From contig CAVTOM010000007.1 in the NCBI GenBank assembly GCA_963736365.1, positions 326,654 through 390,653 on the forward strand: a stretch of DNA of 64,000 nucleotides, written 5' to 3'. Origin of the DNA: an uncultured bacterium. GTDB lineage: Bacteria; Actinomycetota; Actinomycetes; S36-B12. Shown here one piece after another: positions 9,752-19,478 of the stretch (the stretch's first letter is position 1; each line of letters opens with the position of its first letter). The position numbers were made by a program, and so were the translations under genes. The notes below the pieces were generated by a model. It searched no databases. It saw only the letters and a program-made list of their open reading frames with translations, and had not been told where the DNA came from.

Positions 9752-9758
9752 GCAACGC

Positions 9759-10235
9759 TCACACGCGTCGGGGCACGGTGCCCGTGAGCGTCAGGAGTCG
9801 ACACATCGCGCGATGCCCGCCGTCTGAGGTGGGCGCGAACATGAGCGGGCACCCGCCGTCGATCACCGTCACTCCGAAGGCGCGGCCGTAGCGCGTCGCC
9901 GCGTCCGAGACGCTGCCGGCACCGAACGCCCGGTGCATCCAGACTCGCGTGATGCCCAGTTCGACCGCCTCGCGCATCGTCGCCTCGGCCCGCTCGGGCC
10001 GGGTGCCGATGACGACCGCCTCGACCCCTCCGGGAATCGCAGCGAGGCCGGCGTAGGCGGGATCACCCTCGACCGACTCGGCGTTCGGATTCACCGCGAA
10101 CACCGTGTAGCCGCGATCGCGAAGCCGGAGGTAGACGGCATTGCTGCCATGCCCGCTGGGATTCCGTGACACGCCCGTGACCGCGATGCGGCGACAGGCG
10201 AGGAAGTCACCTGCGGCCTGCTTCATCGTGGTCAT
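9759..10235 (-). CDS. CoA-binding domain protein
   Basis: Intact ORF of 158 aa (RRIAVTGVSRNPSGHGSNAVYLRLRDRGYTVFAVNPN...). Confidence 0.8.
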   Translation of the reverse strand: MTTMKQAAGDFLACRRIAVTGVSRNPSGHGSNAVYLRLRDRGYTVFAVNPNAESVEGDPAYAGLAAIPGGVEAVVIGTRPERAEATMREAVELGITRVWMHRAFGAGSVSDAATRYGRAFGVTVIDGGCPLMFAPTSDGGHRAMCRLLTLTGTVPRRV

Positions 10236-10314
10236 GGACCACTCCCTGCGCTGCGCGGGTGCACCAGCACCCGTGTTCAGGCTACGCCGCGGCGGCCAGG
10301 GAATGCATGTGCTG

Positions 10315-10551
10315 CTAGCCGACGATGACCTGACGCTGCGCGCGAAGGGACATCACCAGGGCGACGATCCAGCCGACGATGGTCCAGCCGAGCAGCAGGT
10401 TCACCCAGAACACCGACCAGTGGGGGACGTCGCGGACCGCGGCGATCGCCCACGGCAGCATGTAGCCGGCGGTGAGGATCGCGACGATGACGGCGACGAC
10501 CTTGGTGGTCGTCCAGGAGGGGCTCTCGGGCTCGATGTGCACGGTGCTCAT
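10315..10551 (-). CDS. Superinfection-immunity (Imm) family small membrane protein
   Basis: 78 aa with two TM helices and the family core motif WVNLLLGWTIVGWIVALVMSL. Confidence 0.8.
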   Translation of the reverse strand: MSTVHIEPESPSWTTTKVVAVIVAILTAGYMLPWAIAAVRDVPHWSVFWVNLLLGWTIVGWIVALVMSLRAQRQVIVG

Positions 10552-10619
10552 GGTCGCGATGGTACCGAGCCGGCCCGGTCGGCCGGTGTTCGGCGCGGAT
10601 TCCGAATAGATTCGCGACC

Positions 10620-12380
10620 GTGGACGGGGATGCGGGCCGAGCGCCCGCCGATGCGGGCGCCGGCCGTGGGCACGTCGTCGTCTTCGGGTTCCAGGGCGTG
10701 GGACGTCGCATCGTGCGGCAGCTCACCTCCGCGGGGCTGCGGGTCATCGTCGTGGACGCCGCCGCGGATGCCGCCCAGCAGGTGGACCTCCAGCGCTGGG
10801 GAGCGACCTACCTGGCGGGATACGGCGACAGCCAGGACACCCTCCATGCGGTCGACGTCGGCAGCGCGCTCGCCGTCCTGTGCGTGACCGACGACGACCT
10901 GCGCAACATCCGGCTGGCGATGCTGGCCCGCGATGCCGCCCCCGAGGTGCGCGTCGTCGTCCGGATGGCCAACTCGTCGGTGGGCACCGCCATGACGTCG
11001 GTTGCCCAGCCGGGCGCGGTGCTCGACGTCGCCGAGCTGGCGTCGACGTCCTTCGTGGAGGTGGCCACGGCACGTTCCGCGCACCCGGTGACGCTGGGCG
11101 AGGCTCTCTTCGTGGTCGCGACGTACCCCGCGCCGCGCGGCGGGACGATCCGGTCGATGTGGGGCGATCTCGCGCCGGTGGCGACGCAGGCCGCCGACGG
11201 AGGCGGCCTCGTCGCCTGCCCGCACGGCGACGACGTCGTCGCGGCCGGCGACCTCGTCACCCTCATCGGCACGGTCGCGGAGTACGAGTCCAGCGGCATT
11301 GCTCCCGACACCGACCACGTGCGGGCCCTGGGCCCGAACCTGCGCCGCCGGGTGCGCGAGGCCCTCGCCGCGATGAGCGACGCCGTGGACCGGCCGTTCC
11401 GCATCGCCTTCGCGATCCTCGCCGCGCTGGGCGTCATCTCCATCCTCGTCCTCACCAACGGCTACGAGGAGGAGGACGGCACGCACATGAGCGTCCTCGA
11501 CGCCGTCTACTTCACCGCAGAGACGATCGCGACCGTCGGCTTCGGCGACTTCTACTTCCGCGACCAGCCGAGCTGGCTGCGCCTGTGGGCGATCCTGCTC
11601 ATCGTCGTCGGTGCCGCGCTCGTGGCGATCGCGACCGCCCTGCTCACCAACGCCCTCGTGACCCGCCGGCTGGAGCAGTCACTGGGCCGGCAGCGGCTCA
11701 CCGGGATGAAGGGGCACATCGTCGTGGTCGGCCTGGGCCGGGTGGGCGCCAAGGTCGCCATGGAACTGCACCAGTCGGGCTACGAGGTGGCCGTCATCGA
11801 TGGCGGCGAGGGGCAGCGGTTCGTGCCGCAGATGCGCGAACTGCGGGTGCCGGTGCTCATCGGCGATGCCACGCTGACCGAGACGCTCGCGGCCGCGGGC
11901 GTCGAGCGAGCCGCCGGCGTTGCGGTGCTCACGAGTGACGACCTGCTGAACATCGAGACGGGCCTGGCGGTGCGGGGCACCGTGGGGGATCGTCCTGTGC
12001 CGATCGCCCTGCGGGTCTTCAGCCGCAACCTCGCCCGCCTCATCGGGTCCGAGCTCGACGCGGGAATCCCGCGCTCCATCGCGGAGCTGGCGTCGCCCTG
12101 GTTCGTGGGCGCGGCGCTGGGGATCGACATCCTGGGCACGTTCTACGTAGGTCCGTCGCTGTTCATCGCTGCCCGCCTGGCGATCCAGCCGGGGAGCGAG
12201 CTCGACGGCGTCGCGGTGAGCGAGCTGGGCGCTCGCGCCAGGGTGGTCGCCCTGGAGCGCCCCGAGGCAGGAGGGGCCCTCGAGCACCCCCCGAGCACCG
12301 CCGCCGTCGTGCGGGGAGGGGACGCGGCCTACGTCATCGGCCAGTACGACGACCTCCTGGGCCTGTTCCAGCGCGCGTAG
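10620..12380 (+). CDS. Potassium channel protein with RCK/TrkA-N domains on both sides of the pore
   Basis: Intact ORF of 586 aa. It has the selectivity filter TVGFGDF and two Rossmann GxGxxG segments (VVVFGFQGVGRR, VVVGLGRVGAKV). Confidence 0.85.
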   Translation: MDGDAGRAPADAGAGRGHVVVFGFQGVGRRIVRQLTSAGLRVIVVDAAADAAQQVDLQRWGATYLAGYGDSQDTLHAVDVGSALAVLCVTDDDLRNIRLAMLARDAAPEVRVVVRMANSSVGTAMTSVAQPGAVLDVAELASTSFVEVATARSAHPVTLGEALFVVATYPAPRGGTIRSMWGDLAPVATQAADGGGLVACPHGDDVVAAGDLVTLIGTVAEYESSGIAPDTDHVRALGPNLRRRVREALAAMSDAVDRPFRIAFAILAALGVISILVLTNGYEEEDGTHMSVLDAVYFTAETIATVGFGDFYFRDQPSWLRLWAILLIVVGAALVAIATALLTNALVTRRLEQSLGRQRLTGMKGHIVVVGLGRVGAKVAMELHQSGYEVAVIDGGEGQRFVPQMRELRVPVLIGDATLTETLAAAGVERAAGVAVLTSDDLLNIETGLAVRGTVGDRPVPIALRVFSRNLARLIGSELDAGIPRSIAELASPWFVGAALGIDILGTFYVGPSLFIAARLAIQPGSELDGVAVSELGARARVVALERPEAGGALEHPPSTAAVVRGGDAAYVIGQYDDLLGLFQRA

Positions 12381-12383
12381 GGC

Positions 12384-14009
12384 TCAGCGCCGGCGCAGGC
12401 GACGCAGCACCTTGGCTCCGGCCGCCCCTTCGATCCCGTCCTCCGGTCCCACGACGACGAGCAGGTCCCGGGCCCGGCTCATCCCCGCGTACAGGACGCT
12501 GTGCGGGTCGACACCGGCGTGGAAGCCGTCGACGGCCAGGACGACGACCGGTCGCTCGAGCCCCTTGAAGCCGGCCACCGTCGAGTAGAAGACCCCGGGT
12601 CCGAAGAAGTCGTCCCAGTAGGCGGACTTGTCGCCGGCCGACTCGAGCTGCACCGGATGGCGGTGCGCGGTCGTGAGCACGGCGATGTCCTCGGGCAGCC
12701 ATCCGTGGTCGTCGAGCAGCGACTCGACCGCGTCGTCCGCCGCCGCGATGACGTCGTCGGCCTCGCACGGGCGGAACTCCACCGGGAAGCCGTCCCCACC
12801 GCGCGCATCCACGGCGGCGGCGATCAGGGGGCGGAACGTGTCGACGACCTGCACCGGGTTGCGGAGGTTCTCCCGGAGGGCGAAGGGCGTCAGCGGCACC
12901 TCCGGTCGTCCCCGACGGCTGGTGAACACCGCCTGCTCGTCGTCGCGCAGCACCGCGAGGCGGTAGTCCGGTGTCCCGCTCTGGAGCAGGGCCGGCCACC
13001 AGTCGTCGGCGAAGTCCTGCGCCTCGTCGACGACGAAGGCGGTGAACCGTTCCGAGTCGGGCAGCGCCGCGGCCGCCGGCAGCATCAGGCGGGGGGCCTC
13101 CTCCTCCCAGAAGGCGGCGTCGGCATCCGTACCCGCCTGTACTCCCCAGGTGAACCCGAGCTGGTGGAAGGTGCCGACGAAGGAGAGGGGCCGGCGGAAG
13201 TCCGCCGTCGCGCGGCGCACGTACTCGGCCACGCCGCGACCGTACGAGACGAAGCACACGCGCTCACCGTCCTCGGCCCAGCGGCGGGCCTGCTCCATCG
13301 CCAGCCACGTCTTGCCCGTGCCCGCCGAGCCCGAGATCTCGTACCGCCGGTTCGGGGCCGCGAAGGTCAGCAGGGCCGCCTGGTCATGGGTCAGGGCGTC
13401 GACGTGCTCGAGCCGGGCCACGGAGCGGGCTCGGGTCTCGGCCGCCTCGCTGGTGGTGCCCAGCAGGTGGTCGAGTGCCGAGTCGACCCAGCCGCGCACC
13501 GGCAGCGGCGACTGCAGGGAGGGGTCCCGCAGCCGGTCGTAGGCGCGCTGCGCGAGGCCGGGCAGGTCCGACGCGCCGACCAGGACGTCGGCTCGCCCCT
13601 CAGGCCCCATCGCTCCGGTGACCTCCGTGTACGGGAAGCACGCCAGCCACGTCGCGCGCACGCGGCCGCGTGACCACGTCGGCTGGTTCTCGAGGAAGCG
13701 TCGGAGTGCGTGCGCGCCTCGACGGGCCTGTCCGACGGGGTCGATCGGGTGCGCGCCGCTGATGCCGGACTGCCGAAACCCCCCGTTGGCGTACGTGACA
13801 TGCCCGCCCTTGACCTCGATGGCGACCGCACCGGCCTCGGGCATGAGCACCAGGAGGTCGATCTCCACGTCGCCGTACTCGATATCGGTGAAGCGCACGC
13901 CGTGGAGCAGGACGTCGTCGTCACGCAGCCAGGTGACCAGGGCCTCCCAGGCCAGACGCTCCGAGTCGTCGGCGAAGTCCGGCCGCTGCGGCCACGTGCG
14001 CGCTGGCAT
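12384..14009 (-). CDS. NERD-domain nuclease fused to an SF1 (UvrD/AAA_30-like) helicase
   Basis: The ATG at 14009 (MPARTWPQ...) lies within ORF 12384..14096. It has a NERD core (DVEIDLLVLMPEAGAVAIEVKGG), Walker A (SGSAGTGKT), motif II (VVDEAQDF) and a UvrD_C-like tail (FKGLERPVVVL...YAGMSRARDLLVVV). Confidence 0.85.
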   Translation of the reverse strand: MPARTWPQRPDFADDSERLAWEALVTWLRDDDVLLHGVRFTDIEYGDVEIDLLVLMPEAGAVAIEVKGGHVTYANGGFRQSGISGAHPIDPVGQARRGAHALRRFLENQPTWSRGRVRATWLACFPYTEVTGAMGPEGRADVLVGASDLPGLAQRAYDRLRDPSLQSPLPVRGWVDSALDHLLGTTSEAAETRARSVARLEHVDALTHDQAALLTFAAPNRRYEISGSAGTGKTWLAMEQARRWAEDGERVCFVSYGRGVAEYVRRATADFRRPLSFVGTFHQLGFTWGVQAGTDADAAFWEEEAPRLMLPAAAALPDSERFTAFVVDEAQDFADDWWPALLQSGTPDYRLAVLRDDEQAVFTSRRGRPEVPLTPFALRENLRNPVQVVDTFRPLIAAAVDARGGDGFPVEFRPCEADDVIAAADDAVESLLDDHGWLPEDIAVLTTAHRHPVQLESAGDKSAYWDDFFGPGVFYSTVAGFKGLERPVVVLAVDGFHAGVDPHSVLYAGMSRARDLLVVVGPEDGIEGAAGAKVLRRLRRR

Positions 14010-14089
14010 GGCGTCCCCGTCCTGTCGCGGTCCACGGTATTGCAGTGGCGGCCGAGCACGCGGCCTACCGCGTGCGCCACACTTCGGCC

Positions 14090-14428
14090 ATGGCACTCGC
14101 GGTCCTGTGGCTCGTCGTCGGAGTGGTCGTCGGGGCGTTCGGCTGGGCCGCGTCCGATGGTCGGCTCGTCCGGCGGTCGGGCAGCGACGCCCCGGCCCGC
14201 GCCGCCGCGCGCGATGCGGCCCAGCGCGCCGGCGGGCCGATCCTGCTGGGTGCCGGCGCGCTCATCGGGACGATGGGCTTCCTGCTCGCCGTGTTCCGTC
14301 CCGGCGGGGACGTGCCCGCCCTCGTCTCCTTGTTCCTCGGCGCCGGGCTCGTGGGCGCAGCCGTCGGGGCGGTCGTGGTGGGATCCCGGGCGGGCCGCAG
14401 CGCCGCGGCCGAGTACGCGAACCGCTGA
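14090..14428 (+). CDS. Small integral membrane protein (hypothetical)
   Basis: Internal ATG (MALAVLWLVVGVVVGAFGW...) of ORF 14045..14428. It has hydrophobic helices at the N-terminus, in the middle (ILLGAGALIGTMGFLLAVF) and near the C-terminus (LVSLFLGAGLVGAAVGAVVVG). It is divergent from the NERD-helicase gene. Confidence 0.6.
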   Translation: MALAVLWLVVGVVVGAFGWAASDGRLVRRSGSDAPARAAARDAAQRAGGPILLGAGALIGTMGFLLAVFRPGGDVPALVSLFLGAGLVGAAVGAVVVGSRAGRSAAAEYANR

Positions 14429-14433
14429 CGCGC

Positions 14434-14961
14434 ATGACCCACGACGCGATGCCGGACGGCCGCAGGCGACCGCAGCCGATGTGGGTCGACGAGACCGACC
14501 TCACGCAGCTGGCGCAGCGACTGCGGGTAGGGCCAGGGGAGCTGCTGTCGGCGATCGGCGGACCGTGGTTCGTGATGCGGCGCGACGAGTCGGACGAGAT
14601 GCTGCGTCCGGGCACGCTGTTCGTCGGCCGTGCAGGGCCGTCCGTCGGGATCCTGATCGACGACGGCGACCGGTTGCTGCGCATCGGACCGTCGTCCGGC
14701 CAGTGGCACGGGCCCGCGACCCTGCGGTGGGCGATCGTCGAGCCCATCGTGGAGCTGGCCGTCCCGGGTGTCGACGCCGCCGCGGCGGACGTGGACGCAC
14801 TGGTGGCGCGCCTCGGGACGACCGTCGACGCGGTCGCCGCCGAGCAGGCGGCTCGACTGGTGACGTGCCGCTACTGCGGGTCGGTGGTGGCGCCCGAGCA
14901 CGCGCTGGGCGACGAGCTCTGCCAGGCCTGCGGCAGCCGGGTGTTCGGCATCGTGTACTGA
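14434..14961 (+). CDS. Hypothetical protein with a C-terminal CxxC...CxxC zinc-ribbon
   Basis: The ATG at 14434 lies in the frame of ORF 13618..14961 and gives 175 aa. It ends ...TCRYCGSVVAPEHALGDELCQACGSRVFGIVY. It starts 6 nt after the membrane-protein gene. Confidence 0.6.
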   Translation: MTHDAMPDGRRRPQPMWVDETDLTQLAQRLRVGPGELLSAIGGPWFVMRRDESDEMLRPGTLFVGRAGPSVGILIDDGDRLLRIGPSSGQWHGPATLRWAIVEPIVELAVPGVDAAAADVDALVARLGTTVDAVAAEQAARLVTCRYCGSVVAPEHALGDELCQACGSRVFGIVY

Positions 14962-15043
14962 CGCCCAGCCTGTCTAGACGAATCCCTTGACAGGCCCCGG
15001 TACCGCTGGTCTGATGAGGCTTCCCCTCGAGCCTGGAGTCGAC

Positions 15044-16308
15044 ATGACGGATACCGCAGCGCCCAGCATCGAGGGCAGCCTCCTCGATCCCGACGTCCAG
15101 GCCTGCCCGTTCCCGTACTACGCAGCAGCTGCGCAGCAAGGCGCCCGTCTACCGCATGCCGGAGACCGGGTTCTACGTCATCTCCACCTACGAGGACCTC
15201 CGGACGGTGCTGTCGGACCCGGTCACCTACTCGAACGACATCCTCATCGAGCATCTCGCCGGCGAGGCTGCCGCGGACCTCGGGCGCATGTACGACGAGC
15301 ACCTCGCGGAGGTCGGCTGGGGTCACGTCCAGACGCTGCAGCGCACCGATCCGCCCGAGCACAGCCGCTACCGCCGCCTCCTGAACCGGGCGTTCACGCC
15401 GCCGATGGTCAAGGGCATGGTCCCCAGCGTCGAGCGCACCAGTGCGACGCTCATCGACTCCTTCATCGACGCCGGGACCTGCGACTTCGTGGCCGACTTC
15501 GCCTTCCCGCTGCCCGGCCTCGTCATCGGCGAGCAGATCGGTCTCGACGCGAAGGAGATCGCGACGTTCAAGCGGTGGGCCGATGCGATGCTCGCCCCGG
15601 CGCAGGGCCTGCTCGTCGACGAGGAGTCGGCGCGCCACTACTCGGAGATCGAGGCGGAGGCGCAGCGCTTCTTCGCCCCGCTGCTCGAGGAGCGCATGGC
15701 GAACCCCACCGGCGACCTCATGTCGGCGCTGGTCGCGGAGTCCACCGAGGGCGACGCGCCGCTGACCATGGCCGAGCTGCAGAACATCATGAACCAGCTG
15801 GTCACCGGCGGGTACACCACGACCGCCGACGCCATCGCCAACGCCATGCTGCTGCTCATCGAGAACCCCGACCAGATGGAGCTCCTGCGCGCCGATCGGT
15901 CCCTGCTGCGCAACTTCGCCGACGAGGCCCTGCGGGTCGCGAGCTCCGTGCAGGGCCTGTTCCGGCGCTCGACGGTCGACTCGGAGCTCAGCGGCGTGCA
16001 CATCCCGGCCAACAGCATCCTGCACACCCGCTACGGCTCGGCGAACCTGGACGACAGCGTCTTCCCCGATGGCGGACGATTCGACATCACCCGCGCCGAA
16101 TGCGAGCAAGCAGCTCACGTTCTCGCGAGGTCCGCACTTCTGCGTGGGACAGCCGCTGGCCATGCAGGAGATCATGATCGCGTTCGACCAGATCCTCGAC
16201 CGGATGGACGACATCGCGCTCGCGCCGGACTACACGCCGGAGCGGGTCGAGGGCCTGATCTTCTACTCGCTGCGAGACCTGCGCATCACGTTCACGCCGA
16301 AGGGCTAG
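15044..16308 (+). pseudogene. Cytochrome P450; two +1 frame changes
   Basis: MTDTAAPSIEGSLLDPDVQACPFPYY is in frame 2. QLRSKAPVYRMPETGFYVISTYEDL...FDITR is in frame 0. PNASKQLTFSRGPHFCVGQPLA (the heme Cys loop) is in frame 1 and ends at 16308. The shifts are near 15125 and 16095. Confidence 0.88.
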
Positions 16309-16312
16309 GGCG

Positions 16313-17104
16313 ATGTCCATCCTTGATCTGTTCCGCGTGGACGGCCAGGTCGCCGTCGTCACCGGCTCGGGCCGGGGCATCGGCCGCGCGATCGCGATCG
16401 CGCTGGCGGAGGCCGGCGCCGACGTCGTGGTCACGAGCCGTCGGGCCGACGACGTCGCGGAGGTGGCGGCGCAGGTGCGCGCCATGGGTCGTCGGGCCGT
16501 CGAGGCGCCCGCCGACCTCCGGGAGCCCGGGACGCCGCAACGACTGGCGCAGCTGGCCGTCGACGAGTTCGGGCACCTCGACATCTGGGTGAACAACGCC
16601 GGGGGCACCGACGACGCGCACGTGCAGCCGCTCACCGTCACCACGGACGAGCAGATGCGCGACATGTTCGAGCTCAACCTGCTCGCGGCCTTCGCCGGCT
16701 CGCGGGAGGCGGCCCTGCGGATGACGAACGGCGGGGCCATCGTCAACGTCTCGTCCGGAGCGGGCATGCGGGCGGCCCCCAACACCGGCGCCTACGCCGC
16801 GTCGAAGGCGGCGCTGCTGAATCTCACGCAGACCATGGCGGCGGAGCTCGCGCCCTACGGCATCCGGGTCAACGCGATCTCGCCCGGGATGGTGCCGACC
16901 GACTCGTTCTACCGGGTGCTGCAGTTCACCGAGGCCGACCTCGCGAAGCTCGCGGCGACCGTGCCGCTGGGTCGGATGGGCACGCCGGAGGACATGGCGG
17001 CAGCCGTGCTGTACCTCGCGTCGCCGGCGGCGGGGTGGGTCACCGGTCAGAACCTGCTGATCGGCGGCGGGCGCGACGGCGGCAAGTCCGTCGAGCACCG
17101 CTGA
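16313..17104 (+). CDS. SDR-family oxidoreductase
   Basis: Intact ORF of 263 aa with TGSGRGIGRA, NNAG and YAASKAA motifs. Confidence 0.9.
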   Translation: MSILDLFRVDGQVAVVTGSGRGIGRAIAIALAEAGADVVVTSRRADDVAEVAAQVRAMGRRAVEAPADLREPGTPQRLAQLAVDEFGHLDIWVNNAGGTDDAHVQPLTVTTDEQMRDMFELNLLAAFAGSREAALRMTNGGAIVNVSSGAGMRAAPNTGAYAASKAALLNLTQTMAAELAPYGIRVNAISPGMVPTDSFYRVLQFTEADLAKLAATVPLGRMGTPEDMAAAVLYLASPAAGWVTGQNLLIGGGRDGGKSVEHR

Positions 17105-17124
17105 GTCGAGGCCTGGGCGCGGAC

Positions 17125-17928
17125 TCAGCGGTAGAGGCGGTCGAGCACCTCGATCACGCCGCGCCCCGGGACGGGGCTCGGTGACGTAGTCGGCGATCGC
17201 CTGGATGGCCGGTCGCGCCGACCCCATGGCCACCGAGTAGCCGGCCCACTCGAGCATCTCGACGTCGTTCATGGCGTCGCCGATGGCCAGCACCTCGCTG
17301 CGGTCGATCCCGAGGCGGTCGCACAGCTTCTGCAGCCCGGTTGCCTTCGTGACCCCCTTGATCCCGAGGTCGAGCCAGGCGACGTCGGTGATCCCGAACG
17401 CGATGGAGTGCATGTCGAGGTGGCGCACGATCGGGCCGAGCCCCTCCTCCATGTGGTCGCTGCTGCGGATCACGACCCGCACGACCGGATCCGCGGACAG
17501 CTGCGTCGAACGGCACCTCGCGGATGTCGAACGAGACTCCCTCGTCGACGAAGAACTGGCTGGTGAGGAAGACCCCGTCGGCGCGCTCCACGGCGAAGGA
17601 GGCTGACGGCAGCAGGGGCGCCAGTTCGTCGAGCAGGGGACCGGCATCGAAGGTCATCGCCTCGACCACGGACTCCGGGTCGACCGTGATGATCATCGCG
17701 CCGTTGCTCACGACCGCGAACTCGTGCATGCCGGCGTCGCGCGCGACGAAGCCGGTCGTCGTGAGTGAACGGCCGGTCGCAGCGACCACGATGGCGCCGG
17801 CCTCGGTGACGCGGGCCACCGCATCGGCGACGCCGTCCGGGACGCCGCCGCTCTGCGGCACCAGCGTGCCGTCGAGGTCGACGGCGATCAGCCGCGGGCG
17901 TGAGGCCGTCCGGTGGTCGAGTCGCCAT
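17125..17928 (-). pseudogene. Cof-type HAD-IIB hydrolase; three +1 frame changes
   Basis: The ATG at 17928 (MATRPPDGLTPA) is followed by LIAVDLDGTLVPQSGG... in the next frame, which has no start codon of its own. Then comes QLSADPVVRVVIRSS...AIGDAMNDVEMLEWAGYSVAMG, and finally GVIEVLDRLYR*. The shifts are near 17885, 17508 and 17160. Confidence 0.8.
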
Positions 17929-19379
17929 CAGGACGCGGCCGCGTGGGTGCCGGCACGGCGGCCGAAGATCGATCCGGCGGCCAGGCTCATCCCGCTGGCG
18001 TACTCGTCGCCGTCCTGCGGCAGGTGGCTGGTGCAGGCCCCGGCCGCGTAGAGGCCGGGCACCGGCGTGCCGTCGGCGCGCAGGGCGCGCCCGTCGGCGT
18101 CGGTGACCAGTCCGCCCAGTGACATCCAGTGGTAGTCCGACCGGGGGACGGAGATCTCGAACACCGCGTACGGCGCCGAGAGGACCTTCAGCCACTCAGC
18201 CGCCTTGTGGAACTGCGCGTCCTCGCCGGACTCGACGTCGGCGTTGTAGCGAGCGAGCGTCGCCGCCAGGCGATCCGGCCGGCACGCCGAGCGCCTGCTC
18301 CATCTCCGCCACGGTCTCGAAGGCGTCGACGAAGGTGTGCGACCCGTGCTTGGGATAGGCGAAGATCTCCTCGTCGAGGATCAGGAAGGCCTTCGCCCCC
18401 GGCTGGCGGGCGATGTGGTGCGACATCCGCCCGTGGTACACGTCCTCCGCCACGAAGCGCTCGCCACGCTGCGTTGACGACGATCCCCTTGATGAGGTCC
18501 TCCGGCGGGTAGATGGACGCGGTGGCGATCAGTCCCTGCATGCCGCGTTCGGCCACGCCCACCGTGCGGCCGAGCAGCAGTCCGGCCCCGTCGTTGGTCG
18601 GCTCACCCAGGGGCTTTCCGTACTCGGCGAAGAGCGGCATGTTCGCGGCCGTGATCTCCTCGTTCAGGTTGAAGCTGCCGGCCGCGAGGATGACGCCCTT
18701 CCTGGCCGCCACGTACTCGTCGGCGCCGTCCTTGCGCATCTTCACCCCGACGACGCGACCGTCGGCGTCCTGCACCAGGGCGATCACGTTCGCCTCGTAG
18801 ATCGACCGGGACCTGCTCGCGCTCGACGGTGCCGAGGATCGCGCGCATGGCGACAGTGCCGCCGCTGATCTCCCCTTCGCCGGAGACCTGGTGACCGCGC
18901 GGCGCGGGCACGGCCTGCTCGCGGAACGGCCAGGCCTTCTCGTTGCCGGTCGTGAGGAGGCCCTCGCCGGTTCGCGTGTAGACCGCCTTGTGCTTGTAGG
19001 CGAGGCGGGCGAAGGGCACACCCTGGGCCTCGAGCCAGTCGAACTGCGCGACGCTCTCGTCGCAGAACACCCGCAGCTTCTCCTCCTCGTCGGTCGTGGT
19101 GACGGCCCGCATGAAGCGGTACATCTCCTCGGGGGAGTCGGTGTATCCGCACGCCGTCTGCACCGCGGTACCGCCACCGAGGTAGAACTGCCCCTGCGAC
19201 AAGGCGCTCGCGCCTCCGCCGGCACCGGCCCGCTCGAGGACCAGCACGTCGGCGCCCGCGGCCTGCGCGGCGATCGCGGCGCAGGAGCCGGCGATGCCGA
19301 GGCCGATCACGACGACGTCCGCGCTGCGTGCCCACTGGGCGACGTCAGGAGCCAGGATCGGACCCTCGATGACCGGCAT
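17928..19379 (-). pseudogene. FAD-binding oxidoreductase (KstD / fumarate-reductase flavoprotein-like); three +1 frame changes
   Basis: The ATG at 19379 follows GGGAG (MPVIEGP...DVVVIGLGIAGSCAAIAA, a dinucleotide-binding fold). The protein continues as SIYEANVIALVQDADGRVVGV..., RGERFVAEDVYHGRMSHH..., and DRLAATLARYNADVESGEDAQFHK...GLYAAGACTS. The shifts are near 18808, 18466 and 18278. Confidence 0.8.
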
Positions 19380-19478
19380 GGACAGCTCCCTCGACAGATA
19401 TGTGGACGTCATACTACTTAGCGGGACGGTCCGGTGCAGGGGGACGTCCGGACGCCGGCGGGATCAGTACGGTGGGGC

